Origin: Bdellovibrio sp. ZAP7
Lineage (GTDB): Bacteria; Bdellovibrionota; FAC87; UBA2466
Reading direction: 5' to 3'
Length of the DNA: 64,000 nt
NCBI GenBank assembly: GCA_945878405.1
Contig: CAMCTJ010000008.1
Location: 30,625 to 94,624 of the forward strand
Both the position numbers and the translations under genes were made by a program. The notes under the pieces were generated by a model that had not been told where the DNA came from, did no database searches, and saw only the letters and a list, made by a program, of their open reading frames with translations. Position 1 is the first letter of the stretch; the number at the start of each line of letters is the position of its first letter. Below, piece by piece: positions 36,194 to 46,515 of this stretch.

Positions 36194-37323
36194 TGAAATC
36201 CTCCCGCGGCACCAAAGGCATTTTGATAAATTTGTTGGACCCGAGTGTTGTTGTTTGTTCCTAAGGCCTGCAAGTGGCAGTTTTTTAAAGTGCCAAAACT
36301 GATTGGGACTTGAGAGGACGCTAACCCAGTACAGCTGGCAAGGTTATTAATAAAGCGAACCAAACTGCGTCCATTGGCTTCATGTCCAATCAGCTGCCCA
36401 ATTTGGTATTGAGCTGCCGCCCAGACAGCTCCTCCATCATGGGAATCAAAGTCTATTGAATTAGTAATCGCGCTTAGCTGACCCGTTGTGAGGTATTTGG
36501 GGTGAGATAAATCACGATCGCCATCTCCTTGAGGGAAACTACAATGAAAGAAGCTGGGATCACCTGTTGCTAAAAAAGCAAAGTAATCTGCAAAACCCTC
36601 TTCAAAGGCAGCTAAAGTGTTTTCGGACTCGCTAGATAAATTTTTTCCTGCTTCGGAGCGTTTATTGTGAAAAAGATATTGGGCCACCATGTGGGCATAT
36701 TCGTGAATGAGTACTCCAGCATTGAATCCCAAAGGGATGCTCGAAATTTCCTTATTGGGGAAATGTAAAAAATAATCGCGTGGCCCATTAGCTCCTTCGA
36801 TCTGAGCATAAGCTGCGTTATCCGAATAAAGTTGGTCCGAAGAAGGCTGCGATTTTAACTCTGCGTTTTGAACGATATAGGTATCTCGCATATTGGGGAC
36901 AATATTGAGGAGATCGCCACTGGGGTCGAGGTTCTTAAATAAAAGATATCCCTTCTCAATTCCATAGTAGAGGCTGACTCCAAGAAGAGTATCTTTATCG
37001 AGTGGTGCATAAGACCCATTGGAACCAGAAAATTGCACATCTAGCCCCTGAAATCCTAAGCCTAGTTTAAAAATGTTTGAGTCGCTCTCCAAGTCATCCG
37101 GGTGGACAACGACTCTTCCCAAAAGTCCTTGAAGGTTCGAAATGTTTTCAATTGTTTGAAGAGAAGCGCTCCGAATTTGATACTGACAAGAGGGGCCGAC
37201 AGGCTGAATAACCATCATGTTAACTGGTCCCAGAGGAAATTGTTGGGTACAAGAAGTAAGTCCTAAACCCAAGAGAGCTAAGATGAGGGGGAACCCCAGT
37301 TTTTTTGAAGCAACCTTCAACAT
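36190..37323 (-). CDS. Lipoprotein zinc metalloprotease (gluzincin, M4/M36-like)
   Basis: Lipobox LTSC; DNAAY, HEYAH, FEEGFADYFA third ligand, DSHDGG. Confidence 0.8.
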   Translation of the reverse strand: MLKVASKKLGFPLILALLGLGLTSCTQQFPLGPVNMMVIQPVGPSCQYQIRSASLQTIENISNLQGLLGRVVVHPDDLESDSNIFKLGLGFQGLDVQFSGSNGSYAPLDKDTLLGVSLYYGIEKGYLLFKNLDPSGDLLNIVPNMRDTYIVQNAELKSQPSSDQLYSDNAAYAQIEGANGPRDYFLHFPNKEISSIPLGFNAGVLIHEYAHMVAQYLFHNKRSEAGKNLSSESENTLAAFEEGFADYFAFLATGDPSFFHCSFPQGDGDRDLSHPKYLTTGQLSAITNSIDFDSHDGGAVWAAAQYQIGQLIGHEANGRSLVRFINNLASCTGLASSQVPISFGTLKNCHLQALGTNNNTRVQQIYQNAFGAAGGFQ

Positions 37324-37530
37324 GAGAGGAAATCCTTTTCCAATTGAGGAGCAGGAGTTGGGCCGTCTCGTGATGGCGTCTTCGGTATGAATACTCTGCG
37401 CAAAAAGCTCCGGGAATTTAAGAAGGGACGTAGAGCGTCACTCGACTGTCTATTAATTGACTACCCAAAGAGAGAACATCTTGATTAAGCGAATGGATTT
37501 CATGGGGAAATGATTCAGGCTATGAAAAAG

Positions 37531-37549
37531 GTGTCTAAATTTTAGGCAC
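37531..37549. promoter_or_regulatory. Near-perfect dyad, candidate transcription-factor site
   Basis: GTGTCTAAA-T-TTTAGGCAC (8/9 symmetric) in a divergent intergenic region. Confidence 0.45.
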
Positions 37550-37611
37550 TGGTTCCATATTTTTACGTAGAGGTTTTTGGTGAAGATATTGCAGTTAAAT
37601 AGGTTAGATTT

Positions 37612-38283
37612 ATGGCCATCGACTCAAAAAAATACCGTGATTATCTTCATCAGACGCGTTCTCACCCTGAGACTACTTCTTTAGATTCAAACTCAAAAAA
37701 CCCCCGTTACCTGTATTGGAGCGTGCCGTGTTTTTTAGTTTTGGAGTGGTTTCTTGAAACTCGTTTTGATGGGCTGCCAACGGGACTCAGTTTTCCATTT
37801 GGGTTTTTATTATTCTGGGCTTTTTACTATACCTATCTCAAACCTGGGCATCTCGAATCGAAACTTCAGTCCTCTGATCGATGGGAAAATTCAAGTGTGA
37901 TAAGCGTGGTTCTTGAAGCCTCGATTTGGTTCGTGAAAATAGTTTGTGTTGAGCTATCTGAACTACTTTTAATTCGCTGGCTGGGAAAAGCTGCGCCAAA
38001 GCCTAAACCCAGCTCACAAAAGGCAAATCGATCTACCCCTCCACCCATTGTTCCAGATGTATTGCCCAAGGAAATTGAGAACGCTCTGTCTTTACTGGGA
38101 CTCAAAGGCTGCAGAGATTGGAACTTGATTCATAAACGTTATCGAGAACTAGCCAAAAAATTTCATCCCGATTTGAACCCAGATATCACAACGGTAGGAA
38201 ATCGATTTATTATCTATGACGGAGCCTATCGTCGCTTGAGTTTAGTCAAAGAAAAATATTTCCAGACTTCCCCCAAAAGTTAA
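37612..38283 (+). CDS. Membrane protein with C-terminal J-domain (type III J protein)
   Basis: YRELAKKFHPD at the C-terminus; N-terminal hydrophobic segments; Pro-rich linker. Confidence 0.85.
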   Translation: MAIDSKKYRDYLHQTRSHPETTSLDSNSKNPRYLYWSVPCFLVLEWFLETRFDGLPTGLSFPFGFLLFWAFYYTYLKPGHLESKLQSSDRWENSSVISVVLEASIWFVKIVCVELSELLLIRWLGKAAPKPKPSSQKANRSTPPPIVPDVLPKEIENALSLLGLKGCRDWNLIHKRYRELAKKFHPDLNPDITTVGNRFIIYDGAYRRLSLVKEKYFQTSPKS

Positions 38284-38336
38284 AAGGCTCTCATCTTCCA
38301 CTTGCCAATCGCTGTTCTCCCAAGCACCCTCAATAC

Positions 38337-38792
38337 GTGAAAAAACTCTTGGCTATTTTTATCGCCTCTGGGGCTTTTATTGGGTATTTCCCGATTGCTC
38401 CCGGAACGATGGGGTCCCTGTTAGCGCTTCTAATAATTTGGTACTTAAAGAGTTTTCCTTGGATAGTTTTGGTTCTGACAACTATTGCGCTGCTAGTCAT
38501 TGGCATTTGGGCGGCTGGCGAGACGTGTCAAATTCTTAAAAAGAAAGATGCTTCTCAAGTTGTGATGGATGAAATTGTCGGGATGATGATCACTATGATA
38601 GGACTTCCCTTGACTCCTTATTGGTTAGTGATTGGATTTTTTGTTTTTAGAATTTTAGACATAGTGAAGCCTTCCCCCGCTAAGTATTTTGACGAAAAAG
38701 TAGCTGGGGGCGTGGGAGTTATGATGGACGATGTGATCGCGGGAATTTATGGAAACATCATTTTGCAATTGATGATGCGAGCTCAGATTTGA
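38337..38792 (+). CDS. pgpA: Phosphatidylglycerophosphatase A
   Basis: APGTMGS, VVMDEIVG, FRILDIVKP, GVMMDDVIAG. Confidence 0.93.
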   Translation: MKKLLAIFIASGAFIGYFPIAPGTMGSLLALLIIWYLKSFPWIVLVLTTIALLVIGIWAAGETCQILKKKDASQVVMDEIVGMMITMIGLPLTPYWLVIGFFVFRILDIVKPSPAKYFDEKVAGGVGVMMDDVIAGIYGNIILQLMMRAQI

Positions 38793-38823
38793 AAATAAAA
38801 TTTAACGAATAAGAGGAGAAAAA

Positions 38824-39993
38824 ATGGAGATCAACAAAAACGACAAGTTAGCAAGACCCGAAAATGTAGACAGACAAAAAGCAGTCAGCATGGCTCTGAT
38901 GTCGATTGAAAAACAATTCGGCAAGGGCTCTATCATGAAGTTAGGAGAGGGTCGCAAACTTGCCATGGATTTAGGAGTTATCTCCACTGGAATCTTGGGT
39001 CTTGATTTAGCTACTGGCGTTGGAGGAGTTCCGCGCGGAAGAATTACTGAAATTTATGGACCTGAGTCCTCTGGTAAAACGACGATTGCACTTTATGCAA
39101 TTGCTCAAGCTCAACGAGAAGGTGGAGTTTGCGCATTTATCGATGCCGAACATGCTCTTGATGTTGTTTATGCAAAAAAATTAGGAGTGAATACCGATGA
39201 TCTCCTCATCTCTCAGCCTGATACTGGAGAACAGGCTTTAGAAATCGCCGAAATTTTGGTTCGTAGCGGTGGTGTAGATGTCATTGTAATCGACTCAGTT
39301 GCTGCCTTGGTACCTAGAGCCGAATTGGAAGGGGATATGGGGGACTCACACATGGGTCTTCAAGCTCGATTGATGTCTCAAGCATTGAGAAAGCTTACCG
39401 GCTGTATTAGCAAATCAAAAACCAGTCTCATTTTTATTAACCAACTCAGAATGAAGTTGGGGGTTATGTTTGGTAATCCAGAAACCACTACTGGTGGAAA
39501 TGCATTGAAGTTTTATGCTTCTTTGAGAATGGATATTCGTCGTATTTCCGCTATTAAAAATGGCGATGATATTATGGGAAGCCGCACACGAGTAAAAGTG
39601 GTTAAAAATAAAATGGCTCCTCCTTTCCGAGAAGTTGAGTTCGATATTCTCTTTGGAGAGGGGATTTCTCGTGAAGGCGACATTATTGACCTAGGGTGTC
39701 AATACGGCATCATTGAAAAGAGCGGTTCCTGGTTTGCCTATGAAGGCGAAAAATTAGGCCAGGGTCGTGATAATACAAGGCAATTTCTCAAGGAACATCC
39801 GGAATTTGTCGATAAGATCCGAAAGCAAGTCGAAGCTAAGGCGGTTAAAGATGGAGGGTTAGTCCTTTCTTCTCAAGTGCCTAGTGAAGACGGACGCGGA
39901 GAGCCTGTTGAAAAGTCTGAATCCAAAGACAAATTTGCCGGAAAAACTCCAACAGCTGGAGGAGTTCGAGCAAATCCTAAAAAAGGCGACTGA
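38824..39993 (+). CDS. recA: Recombinase A
   Basis: [39 protein letters not shown]; C-terminal low-complexity tail. Confidence 0.98.
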   Translation: MEINKNDKLARPENVDRQKAVSMALMSIEKQFGKGSIMKLGEGRKLAMDLGVISTGILGLDLATGVGGVPRGRITEIYGPESSGKTTIALYAIAQAQREGGVCAFIDAEHALDVVYAKKLGVNTDDLLISQPDTGEQALEIAEILVRSGGVDVIVIDSVAALVPRAELEGDMGDSHMGLQARLMSQALRKLTGCISKSKTSLIFINQLRMKLGVMFGNPETTTGGNALKFYASLRMDIRRISAIKNGDDIMGSRTRVKVVKNKMAPPFREVEFDILFGEGISREGDIIDLGCQYGIIEKSGSWFAYEGEKLGQGRDNTRQFLKEHPEFVDKIRKQVEAKAVKDGGLVLSSQVPSEDGRGEPVEKSESKDKFAGKTPTAGGVRANPKKGD

Positions 39994-41176
39994 GAAAAAA
40001 GCTTCTGACGTTCACCTGAAGGTGGGCTTACCGCCCATCGTTCGGGTGAACGGCAATCTCTACTACTTAAATTCATCTGATTCTGAAAAAGTCGTTCGAC
40101 TAACAGCCGAGCAGCTAGGCCAATGGGCTTTGGCTCTCATGACTCCTCGTCAGCTGGAAAAATTTGAAAGCGGAGAAGAAGTCGATCTTGGCTATGAAAG
40201 CACTGAGACTGGGCGCTATCGAATCAATATCTGTTACCAGCGTTCCAACACCCGGCTGGTTTGTCGCCATATTCCCGCCCATATTAAAAATTTTGAAGAG
40301 CTCTATTTGCCATCTGTTATCGAGGAACTAGCCTCATTACCGCGAGGCCTCATATTAATCACGGGTACCACGGGCAGTGGTAAATCAACGACCCTGGCTG
40401 CCATCATTGATTACATTGCTAAAAATCGTTCATGTCACATCATCACCATTGAAGACCCTATTGAATTTAGTTTCAAAGATCGAAAAAGCATCATTACTCA
40501 GCGCGAGGTTGGGCTTGATACCGGCGGGTTTACTAAGGCTCTCAAATACGCATTACGCCAGGATCCCGATGTTATTTTAATTGGGGAAATGAGAGATGAA
40601 GAAACTATGCGAATGGCTCTCTCCGCTGCTGAGACAGGGCACCTTGTACTTTCTACGCTTCACACACTCGATGCAGTCGAAACAATTAATCGAATCGTCG
40701 GTAGTGTGGATGGCTCACTTCAAGATCAAATGAGGCATCAACTTTCCGCCACTTTAAATGGGGTTGTTTCTCAAAGACTCATTCGACAGAAAGATGGCAA
40801 GGGAAGAATTCCTGCTTTGGAGATTTTAATCAACAATCTTCGTGTTAAAGAAATGATTCTGGATCCGAGTCTCACTCAAGATCTCCGCAGAGCGATTGAG
40901 GACGGAAGGCATATTGGGATGCAAACGTTTGATCAAAGCCTCATGGAACATTATAAAAAGGGCCTGATTACCGAAGAAGAAGCGCTCCTTCATTGCAGTA
41001 ATGTCCAGGATTTTCAACTGCGCTTAGGGGGAGTAGTTCCTGGCCAATGGGACGAAAAATCCGAAGGGGGAGGCCGTAAAAGTCGAAAGCAGCAAATTGC
41101 TGAAGCTCTCAAAAATAAGGAAACTGAGAACGAAAAAATTGAAGTAGACCTCGCCGAACCCAAGAAAGCGTCTTAA
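39884..41176 (+). CDS. pilT: PilT/PilU-family type IV pilus retraction ATPase
   Basis: [49 protein letters not shown]; start uncertain but inside recA. Confidence 0.9.
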   Translation: MKTDAESLLKSLNPKTNLPEKLQQLEEFEQILKKATEKKASDVHLKVGLPPIVRVNGNLYYLNSSDSEKVVRLTAEQLGQWALALMTPRQLEKFESGEEVDLGYESTETGRYRINICYQRSNTRLVCRHIPAHIKNFEELYLPSVIEELASLPRGLILITGTTGSGKSTTLAAIIDYIAKNRSCHIITIEDPIEFSFKDRKSIITQREVGLDTGGFTKALKYALRQDPDVILIGEMRDEETMRMALSAAETGHLVLSTLHTLDAVETINRIVGSVDGSLQDQMRHQLSATLNGVVSQRLIRQKDGKGRIPALEILINNLRVKEMILDPSLTQDLRRAIEDGRHIGMQTFDQSLMEHYKKGLITEEEALLHCSNVQDFQLRLGGVVPGQWDEKSEGGGRKSRKQQIAEALKNKETENEKIEVDLAEPKKAS

Positions 41177-41246
41177 AACCCCATCCAGATTTGTAAAATA
41201 CTCGGTTCGCAGCTATCTTGGAGCTTTAAAACCCTAGGAAGTGCTT

Positions 41247-42626
41247 ATGGCAGGAAAACTAGAATTCAAAAAAGAGGTAGCCAAATCCGGAAAGGTTCAG
41301 CCCTACCCGTACCAATATTCATCAGATTTTGTTGAACCGGACTGGCGACGTCTACCTGGGTATAAGAACGTTACAAAAGAAGAGTGGGAAAGCGCTCTTT
41401 GGCAGAAAAGAAACTTAGTTAAAAGTACTAAACAATTAAAAGACATTTTTGGGGATTTAATCTCGGATAGCCTTCTTCTCGAGATCCAGCAGGACCAGCA
41501 AGAAAGAGCGACTATGGCTCTTTTGGTTCCACCTCAAATGATTAACACCATGAACGAAAAGGATCTGAAATCAGATCCTGTGCGTCGTTATATGCTGCCT
41601 GCTGTTTCTGAAAGAGATCGTAAGTGGCCGAGTCACCCCAAATCTGGTCGAGACAGTCTTCACGAAGCTGAGATGTGGGTTGTAGAGGGATTAACCCATC
41701 GGTATCCAACCAAAGTGTTAGCAGAGCTTCTTTCCACATGTCCCCAATATTGTGGTCATTGCACAAGAATGGACTTAGTGGGAACCAGTGTCCCGCAGGT
41801 TCCCAAAAGAAAATTTGAACATGGTCAAAAAGACCGTCTCGAGTCTATTTTAGAGTATTTATCAAAGACCCCTTCTGTTCGAGATGTAGTCGTTTCCGGG
41901 GGAGATATTGCCAATTTGCCAGCCGAGACCCTTGAAGGGTTTGTTTCACGTCTTCTGGATTTAGAAAACATCCGAGATATTCGTTTAGCTAGTAAGGGCC
42001 TCATGGGAGTCCCCCAACACTTTCTTCAAGACGAGGTCTTGAAGGCGATGGATCGTCTTGCGAAAAAATCGGTTTCTCGTGGCGTGAACCTGGCTCTCCA
42101 CACTCACGTGAACTCTGCTCAATCCGTAACTCCTCTAGTTGCTAAGGCAGCTAGAAAGTTGCTGGATATGGGATTTAGAGATGTAAGAAACCAAGGAGTT
42201 CTTCTGCGGGGAGTGAACGACTCCCAAAAAGCTCTTTTAGATTTGTGTTTCAGACTTCAGGATCATGGCAATATCTTGCCTTATTATTTTTATATGTGTG
42301 ACATGATTCCGAACTCGGAACACTGGAGAGTTTCAGTGGCGCAAGCTCATAAATTACAACACGATATCATGGGTTATCTCCCAGGCTTTGCTACTCCTAG
42401 AATCGTCTGTGACGTTCCATTCGTAGGTAAGCGATGGGTTCATCAAGTTCACTCTTATGATCGAGTAAAAGGTATTTCTCACTGGACCAAAAACTATTTA
42501 ACGAGCATCGAGTGGGATAAACCAGAAGCTCTCAATCAGCTTTACGATTATTACGATCCGATTGATACGCTGCCTGAAGAAGGGCAGAAGTTTTGGGAAG
42601 AGGAAATTGAACGACTCAAAAATTAA
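41247..42626 (+). CDS. KamA-family radical SAM 2,3-aminomutase (lysine/arginine)
   Basis: GLTHRYPTK, CPQYCGHCTR, SGGD, NQGVLLRGVND, PYYFY, PFVGK. Confidence 0.88.
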   Translation: MAGKLEFKKEVAKSGKVQPYPYQYSSDFVEPDWRRLPGYKNVTKEEWESALWQKRNLVKSTKQLKDIFGDLISDSLLLEIQQDQQERATMALLVPPQMINTMNEKDLKSDPVRRYMLPAVSERDRKWPSHPKSGRDSLHEAEMWVVEGLTHRYPTKVLAELLSTCPQYCGHCTRMDLVGTSVPQVPKRKFEHGQKDRLESILEYLSKTPSVRDVVVSGGDIANLPAETLEGFVSRLLDLENIRDIRLASKGLMGVPQHFLQDEVLKAMDRLAKKSVSRGVNLALHTHVNSAQSVTPLVAKAARKLLDMGFRDVRNQGVLLRGVNDSQKALLDLCFRLQDHGNILPYYFYMCDMIPNSEHWRVSVAQAHKLQHDIMGYLPGFATPRIVCDVPFVGKRWVHQVHSYDRVKGISHWTKNYLTSIEWDKPEALNQLYDYYDPIDTLPEEGQKFWEEEIERLKN

Positions 42627-43726
42627 GAGTCGCCAAAATGAATGCCGCGATGACGGGCGCCCTGCAGAAATAAAGAGTCGGGATTTACAAATCGATTTTT
42701 ACCAGCTCCTGTCTCTAAGGGAACCAGTTCAACAGAATCATTTCTGTAAGCAACCATCGAGTCGTACTGTCCGTCCATTAAAGCCTTAACAGCGGCCACC
42801 CCAAATCGGCTGGCGAGGATTCTATCAAATCCAACGGGTGAACCCCCCCGAAGTAAATGGCCCAATACAATCGCTCGACATTCTCGACCTGTTAGGTTCT
42901 CAAGCTCAGTAGCTACTTGATGGCCAATTCCACCTAAGCGCGTGGGCTCAGGTGAGTCTTCAATCACTCTCTGAACAGTGACATTCCCACCTACTGGTTT
43001 GGCTCCTTCAGCAACGACAACGATAGAGTATTTCTTTCGGGTATGGTGTGTGTCTTTGAGAAAAGCTGCTACTTTTTCAAGCTCGAAAGGAATCTCCGGT
43101 ATCAAAATGACATCGGCATCTCCTCCGAGACCGGCAAAGAGCGCAATCCAACCAGCATTTCTTCCCATGACCTCTACAACCATCACTCGGTGATGGGATT
43201 CAGCAGTCGTGTGAAGTTTATCCAGTGCCTCAACAGCAGTGCTCACAGCAGTAAAGAAACCAATCGTCAGTTCTGTTCCATTTAAGTCATTATCAATCGT
43301 TTTTGGAATTCCAACTACTTTTAAACCCTTCTTTGCAAACCCATGAGCCATCGTTTGAGTTCCATCACCACCGACAACAATCAACGCATCTATTCCGGCA
43401 GATTTGAAATACTCCATGCATTTATCAGAGTGATCTTCGTACGATTTTTTTCCATTTTTAGTTACGGGAACTCGAAAGGGGCTGTCCACATTTGATGAGC
43501 CGAGAATCGTGCCTCCTTTAGAAAAAATCCCTGTCGTATTAGACAAATCGAGAGGCACAAATTGATTTTCCAATAGTCCTTTAAATCCATTTGGTATACC
43601 CACTACCGAAATTCCGTATTCTAAAATCGCAGTTTGAACAACCGATCGAATTGCAGAATTTAATCCGGGACAGTCTCCTCCTCCGGTAACTAGAGCAATT
43701 TTTTTAATGGGATGCTGTGAGGTCAT
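42623..43726 (-). CDS. pfkA: 6-phosphofructokinase (group III-like, probably ATP-dependent)
   Basis: TGGGDCPGLN, GGDG, PKTIDND, EVMGR. Confidence 0.93.
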   Translation of the reverse strand: MTSQHPIKKIALVTGGGDCPGLNSAIRSVVQTAILEYGISVVGIPNGFKGLLENQFVPLDLSNTTGIFSKGGTILGSSNVDSPFRVPVTKNGKKSYEDHSDKCMEYFKSAGIDALIVVGGDGTQTMAHGFAKKGLKVVGIPKTIDNDLNGTELTIGFFTAVSTAVEALDKLHTTAESHHRVMVVEVMGRNAGWIALFAGLGGDADVILIPEIPFELEKVAAFLKDTHHTRKKYSIVVVAEGAKPVGGNVTVQRVIEDSPEPTRLGGIGHQVATELENLTGRECRAIVLGHLLRGGSPVGFDRILASRFGVAAVKALMDGQYDSMVAYRNDSVELVPLETGAGKNRFVNPDSLFLQGARHRGIHFGDS

Positions 43727-44043
43727 TTGTATTTAATAGCAAAAGCTTGAAGGTCGGTTAAAAAACCCACTTGTTCGAAATGCACATCAATTAAGGCATC
43801 GGCCCTTAATTCTTTTCCTCCCGTGATCAAGCGTTCCATTGCGCCATCATAAGTCAGGCTTCGAGCATGTACACGTCCCAGGTACTCATAGGGTTGCCCA
43901 AAAGCCCGACTGGTCCAAATCACTTTGGGAGTTTTAGGGGTACCTGTTTCTGAGGCAAAGGCAGTCTTAGGAGATTCGATAATTTCCGTGCTGCTGCACC
44001 CCGTCAACAGGATGATTGCCGATAAAAACAATGCCTTTAACAT
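43723..44043 (-). CDS. Small lipoprotein, possible YbjQ-like fold
   Basis: Lipobox LTGC; PYEYLG...ADALIDV...AIKYK; ATGA coupled to pfkA. Confidence 0.65.
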   Translation of the reverse strand: MLKALFLSAIILLTGCSSTEIIESPKTAFASETGTPKTPKVIWTSRAFGQPYEYLGRVHARSLTYDGAMERLITGGKELRADALIDVHFEQVGFLTDLQAFAIKYK

Positions 44044-44141
44044 GCTAATCTTTTAACTGAATTGAACTCAAACGGGAATAAAAATGTCGGATTTAGGAGT
44101 GACGCTGGTGTTTTGATTCAGGGAGAGTAAAATCCCGGAAA

Positions 44142-44912
44142 ATGGAAGGCTATCGACTTAGAGTTATTTCTTACAATATCCACCAAGGGATCACGGTGCG
44201 ACGAAATCGTCTCAGTCTTTCCATTCTCAAAGAAGCTCTTCAGGAACTGAAACCCGATTTGGTTTTTTTACAAGAAGTGGCCGGCAGCTCTATCGAAAAA
44301 CTAGGGAAATTATGGCCTGAAAAAGTAGCCAATCAACTTGAGGGATTGGCTGACGAAATGTGGCCTCATTTTGCCTATCAGAAAAACGTTATTTTTTCTC
44401 GACACCACCACGGGAATGCAATCATGAGCCGCTATCCGATTTCAAATTTTGTTCTAAAAGATATTACGCTTGGAAAATTAAAAAAACGGGGCATTTTGCA
44501 TGGGATTATTCATATTCCCAGAGAAGATACAAAAAAAGAGCTGGTGGTTCATGCAGTCAATGCGCATCTGGGATTGTTTCAGTTTGAAAGACAGTTTCAA
44601 ACTAAAGAACTTATCGAATATGTAAAAAAGACAATCAATCCTGTGAGTCCTTTGCTGATTGCAGGCGACTTTAATGATTGGCGCCAGCGAGTGACAAAAG
44701 AACTCCAACACCGACTCCATGTCCAGGAGGCTTTCGTCTCCTCAGGTCAAAACCATGCTCGAACTTTTCCGAGCCGTTTGCCCATACTTCAACTAGATCG
44801 GATTTATTTTAGACAGGCACACATGAAATCTGCCTCTTGCTTGAAGGGTAGAAAGTGGACCGTCTTATCCGATCACCTTCCTATTATGGCTGATTTGGTA
44901 ATCCAGGCTTAG
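44142..44912 (+). CDS. Endonuclease/exonuclease/phosphatase family protein (YbhP-like)
   Basis: SYNIH, LQEV, HGNAIMS, AGDFNDW, LDRIY, SDHLP. Confidence 0.92.
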   Translation: MEGYRLRVISYNIHQGITVRRNRLSLSILKEALQELKPDLVFLQEVAGSSIEKLGKLWPEKVANQLEGLADEMWPHFAYQKNVIFSRHHHGNAIMSRYPISNFVLKDITLGKLKKRGILHGIIHIPREDTKKELVVHAVNAHLGLFQFERQFQTKELIEYVKKTINPVSPLLIAGDFNDWRQRVTKELQHRLHVQEAFVSSGQNHARTFPSRLPILQLDRIYFRQAHMKSASCLKGRKWTVLSDHLPIMADLVIQA

Positions 44913-46386
44913 AGGCGGGAGCTGGTGAGGGAGATTCCTGCGTTACGAGAGCTTGATGACCACAACTTGCTTGAAACCCTAGCTTGCAAGCTTGGGAAAA
45001 GTAAGATTCTGCTTCTGTTCGCTGTCCTTGTTCCCAATAGACCAACCCAAGAAGATGTAAAGCTTCCAATCTTCTAGGTGCTTCGGGAGTCTTGGAAAGA
45101 AGATTGATAACATTCGCTAGTTTTGGAATGGTTGCGAGATACTCTTTGTCGTAAAAGTTAATGTAAGACAGAGCCAACAATGCCCGAACTTCATTTGGAT
45201 TCTGGCTCAGCCATTTTTCGGTAATTGCCTTAGCTCCTGTCATATCTTGCAAGTTCAACTTGGTAGCAGCTAACTGTTCCAGCACTTCTTGATCATTTGG
45301 GGAAAGTGCGAGCGCTTTCTCGTAAACTGCCTCAGCTTCTTTTAATTTTTTGGCTTGCGCTAGAACAGCTCCCTCCAGTCGGTATCCGATCGTGCTGTCT
45401 GGAGCAATCTCTGTTTGGAGAGCTTTGGAAATAATGATAGCTCGCTCAAAAGACCGGTTAAGTTCTGGATGTTCCAAGAGGAGAGTTGCAAGTTCTAAAA
45501 AGAGTTCCTTTTCTTTGGGAGATTCCTTAATCAGTTTGTCGATTGTTTTTAAATGTTCAAGCGCAAGAGCCTGAAAACCAGCACTCAGATAGGCCTTCGT
45601 TAATTTAAAATGAATCGATTTTGATGGATTTTGATGTTCGATTGAAGCTTTGTAATTCTGGATAGCGGGCTCGAGTTTTCTTTGTTTTTCGTAGAGCTCT
45701 CCTAGCACCTCTTCGAGCTCAGGATGGTTGGGAACTTCTTTTTGCAGGGCAATCGCTAAATTAAAAGCTTGAAGAGGTTGTTCCCTCTGAATTTCCTTTC
45801 GAATGGCTGCAAGAGCTGTATCGATGTTTTGATTTGATTTAAGTTCACTCGAGGAAGACTTAGTTCTTAATAGGTTTACCCCTAAAAACAAAACTAAAAA
45901 TCCCGAGAGCACGAGAGCCAGAGGCCTTTTGGGTTTTTGGCTCATAGGGGGTCTTTTGCCAATCACCGTGGGGCTCGGCTCTTTTTCGGTATCTGCAGGG
46001 GGTTGCGAAGCGATTTGAATTTTCTCGGTCTTAAGAACCGGTTCTTTTCTTGTGTCTTGGGTAAACTCTGGTGTTAAACCCATTTGACAATCCAGAACCG
46101 TGTTTCCAATTTGAATTTTGTCCCCATCCTTTAATTCACCTGTTCCAAGAGTGCTTCCATTGATTTGACACCCATTCAAGCTTTTCAGATCAGTAAAGTG
46201 GACCTTTCCAGTATCGGAATTGAATTCCAATTTAATGTGTTCTCGAGAAATGCGAGGATCATTAATGATAATATCTGACTTTGTACGACCAACGATCATG
46301 GGGCCTGGACGCAAAAGAAACATTTTGCCCTTGTCGTTTCCCTCGATCACGACCAGTCGAGCTGAAAATGAAGAGTGAGAGGCCAT
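44884..46386 (-). CDS. FHA domain - TM - TPR bitopic protein
   Basis: GR...SREH...DLKSLNG FHA motifs, Pro-rich linker, TM helix, TPR units, C-terminal ACKLG..SC. Confidence 0.85.
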   Translation of the reverse strand: MASHSSFSARLVVIEGNDKGKMFLLRPGPMIVGRTKSDIIINDPRISREHIKLEFNSDTGKVHFTDLKSLNGCQINGSTLGTGELKDGDKIQIGNTVLDCQMGLTPEFTQDTRKEPVLKTEKIQIASQPPADTEKEPSPTVIGKRPPMSQKPKRPLALVLSGFLVLFLGVNLLRTKSSSSELKSNQNIDTALAAIRKEIQREQPLQAFNLAIALQKEVPNHPELEEVLGELYEKQRKLEPAIQNYKASIEHQNPSKSIHFKLTKAYLSAGFQALALEHLKTIDKLIKESPKEKELFLELATLLLEHPELNRSFERAIIISKALQTEIAPDSTIGYRLEGAVLAQAKKLKEAEAVYEKALALSPNDQEVLEQLAATKLNLQDMTGAKAITEKWLSQNPNEVRALLALSYINFYDKEYLATIPKLANVINLLSKTPEAPRRLEALHLLGLVYWEQGQRTEAESYFSQACKLGFQASCGHQALVTQESPSPAPASKPGLPNQP

Positions 46387-46515
46387 CAGATTCTTTTCGG
46401 TATAATTCTCACTGAAATTCAGAGCCAAGATGATAACTATCTGCGGCACTCACTTTTTGCTGCGCATTGAGGAAATGACCAGCTAATATAGAGAAACAAA
46501 AGGGATTTTTCAGTC

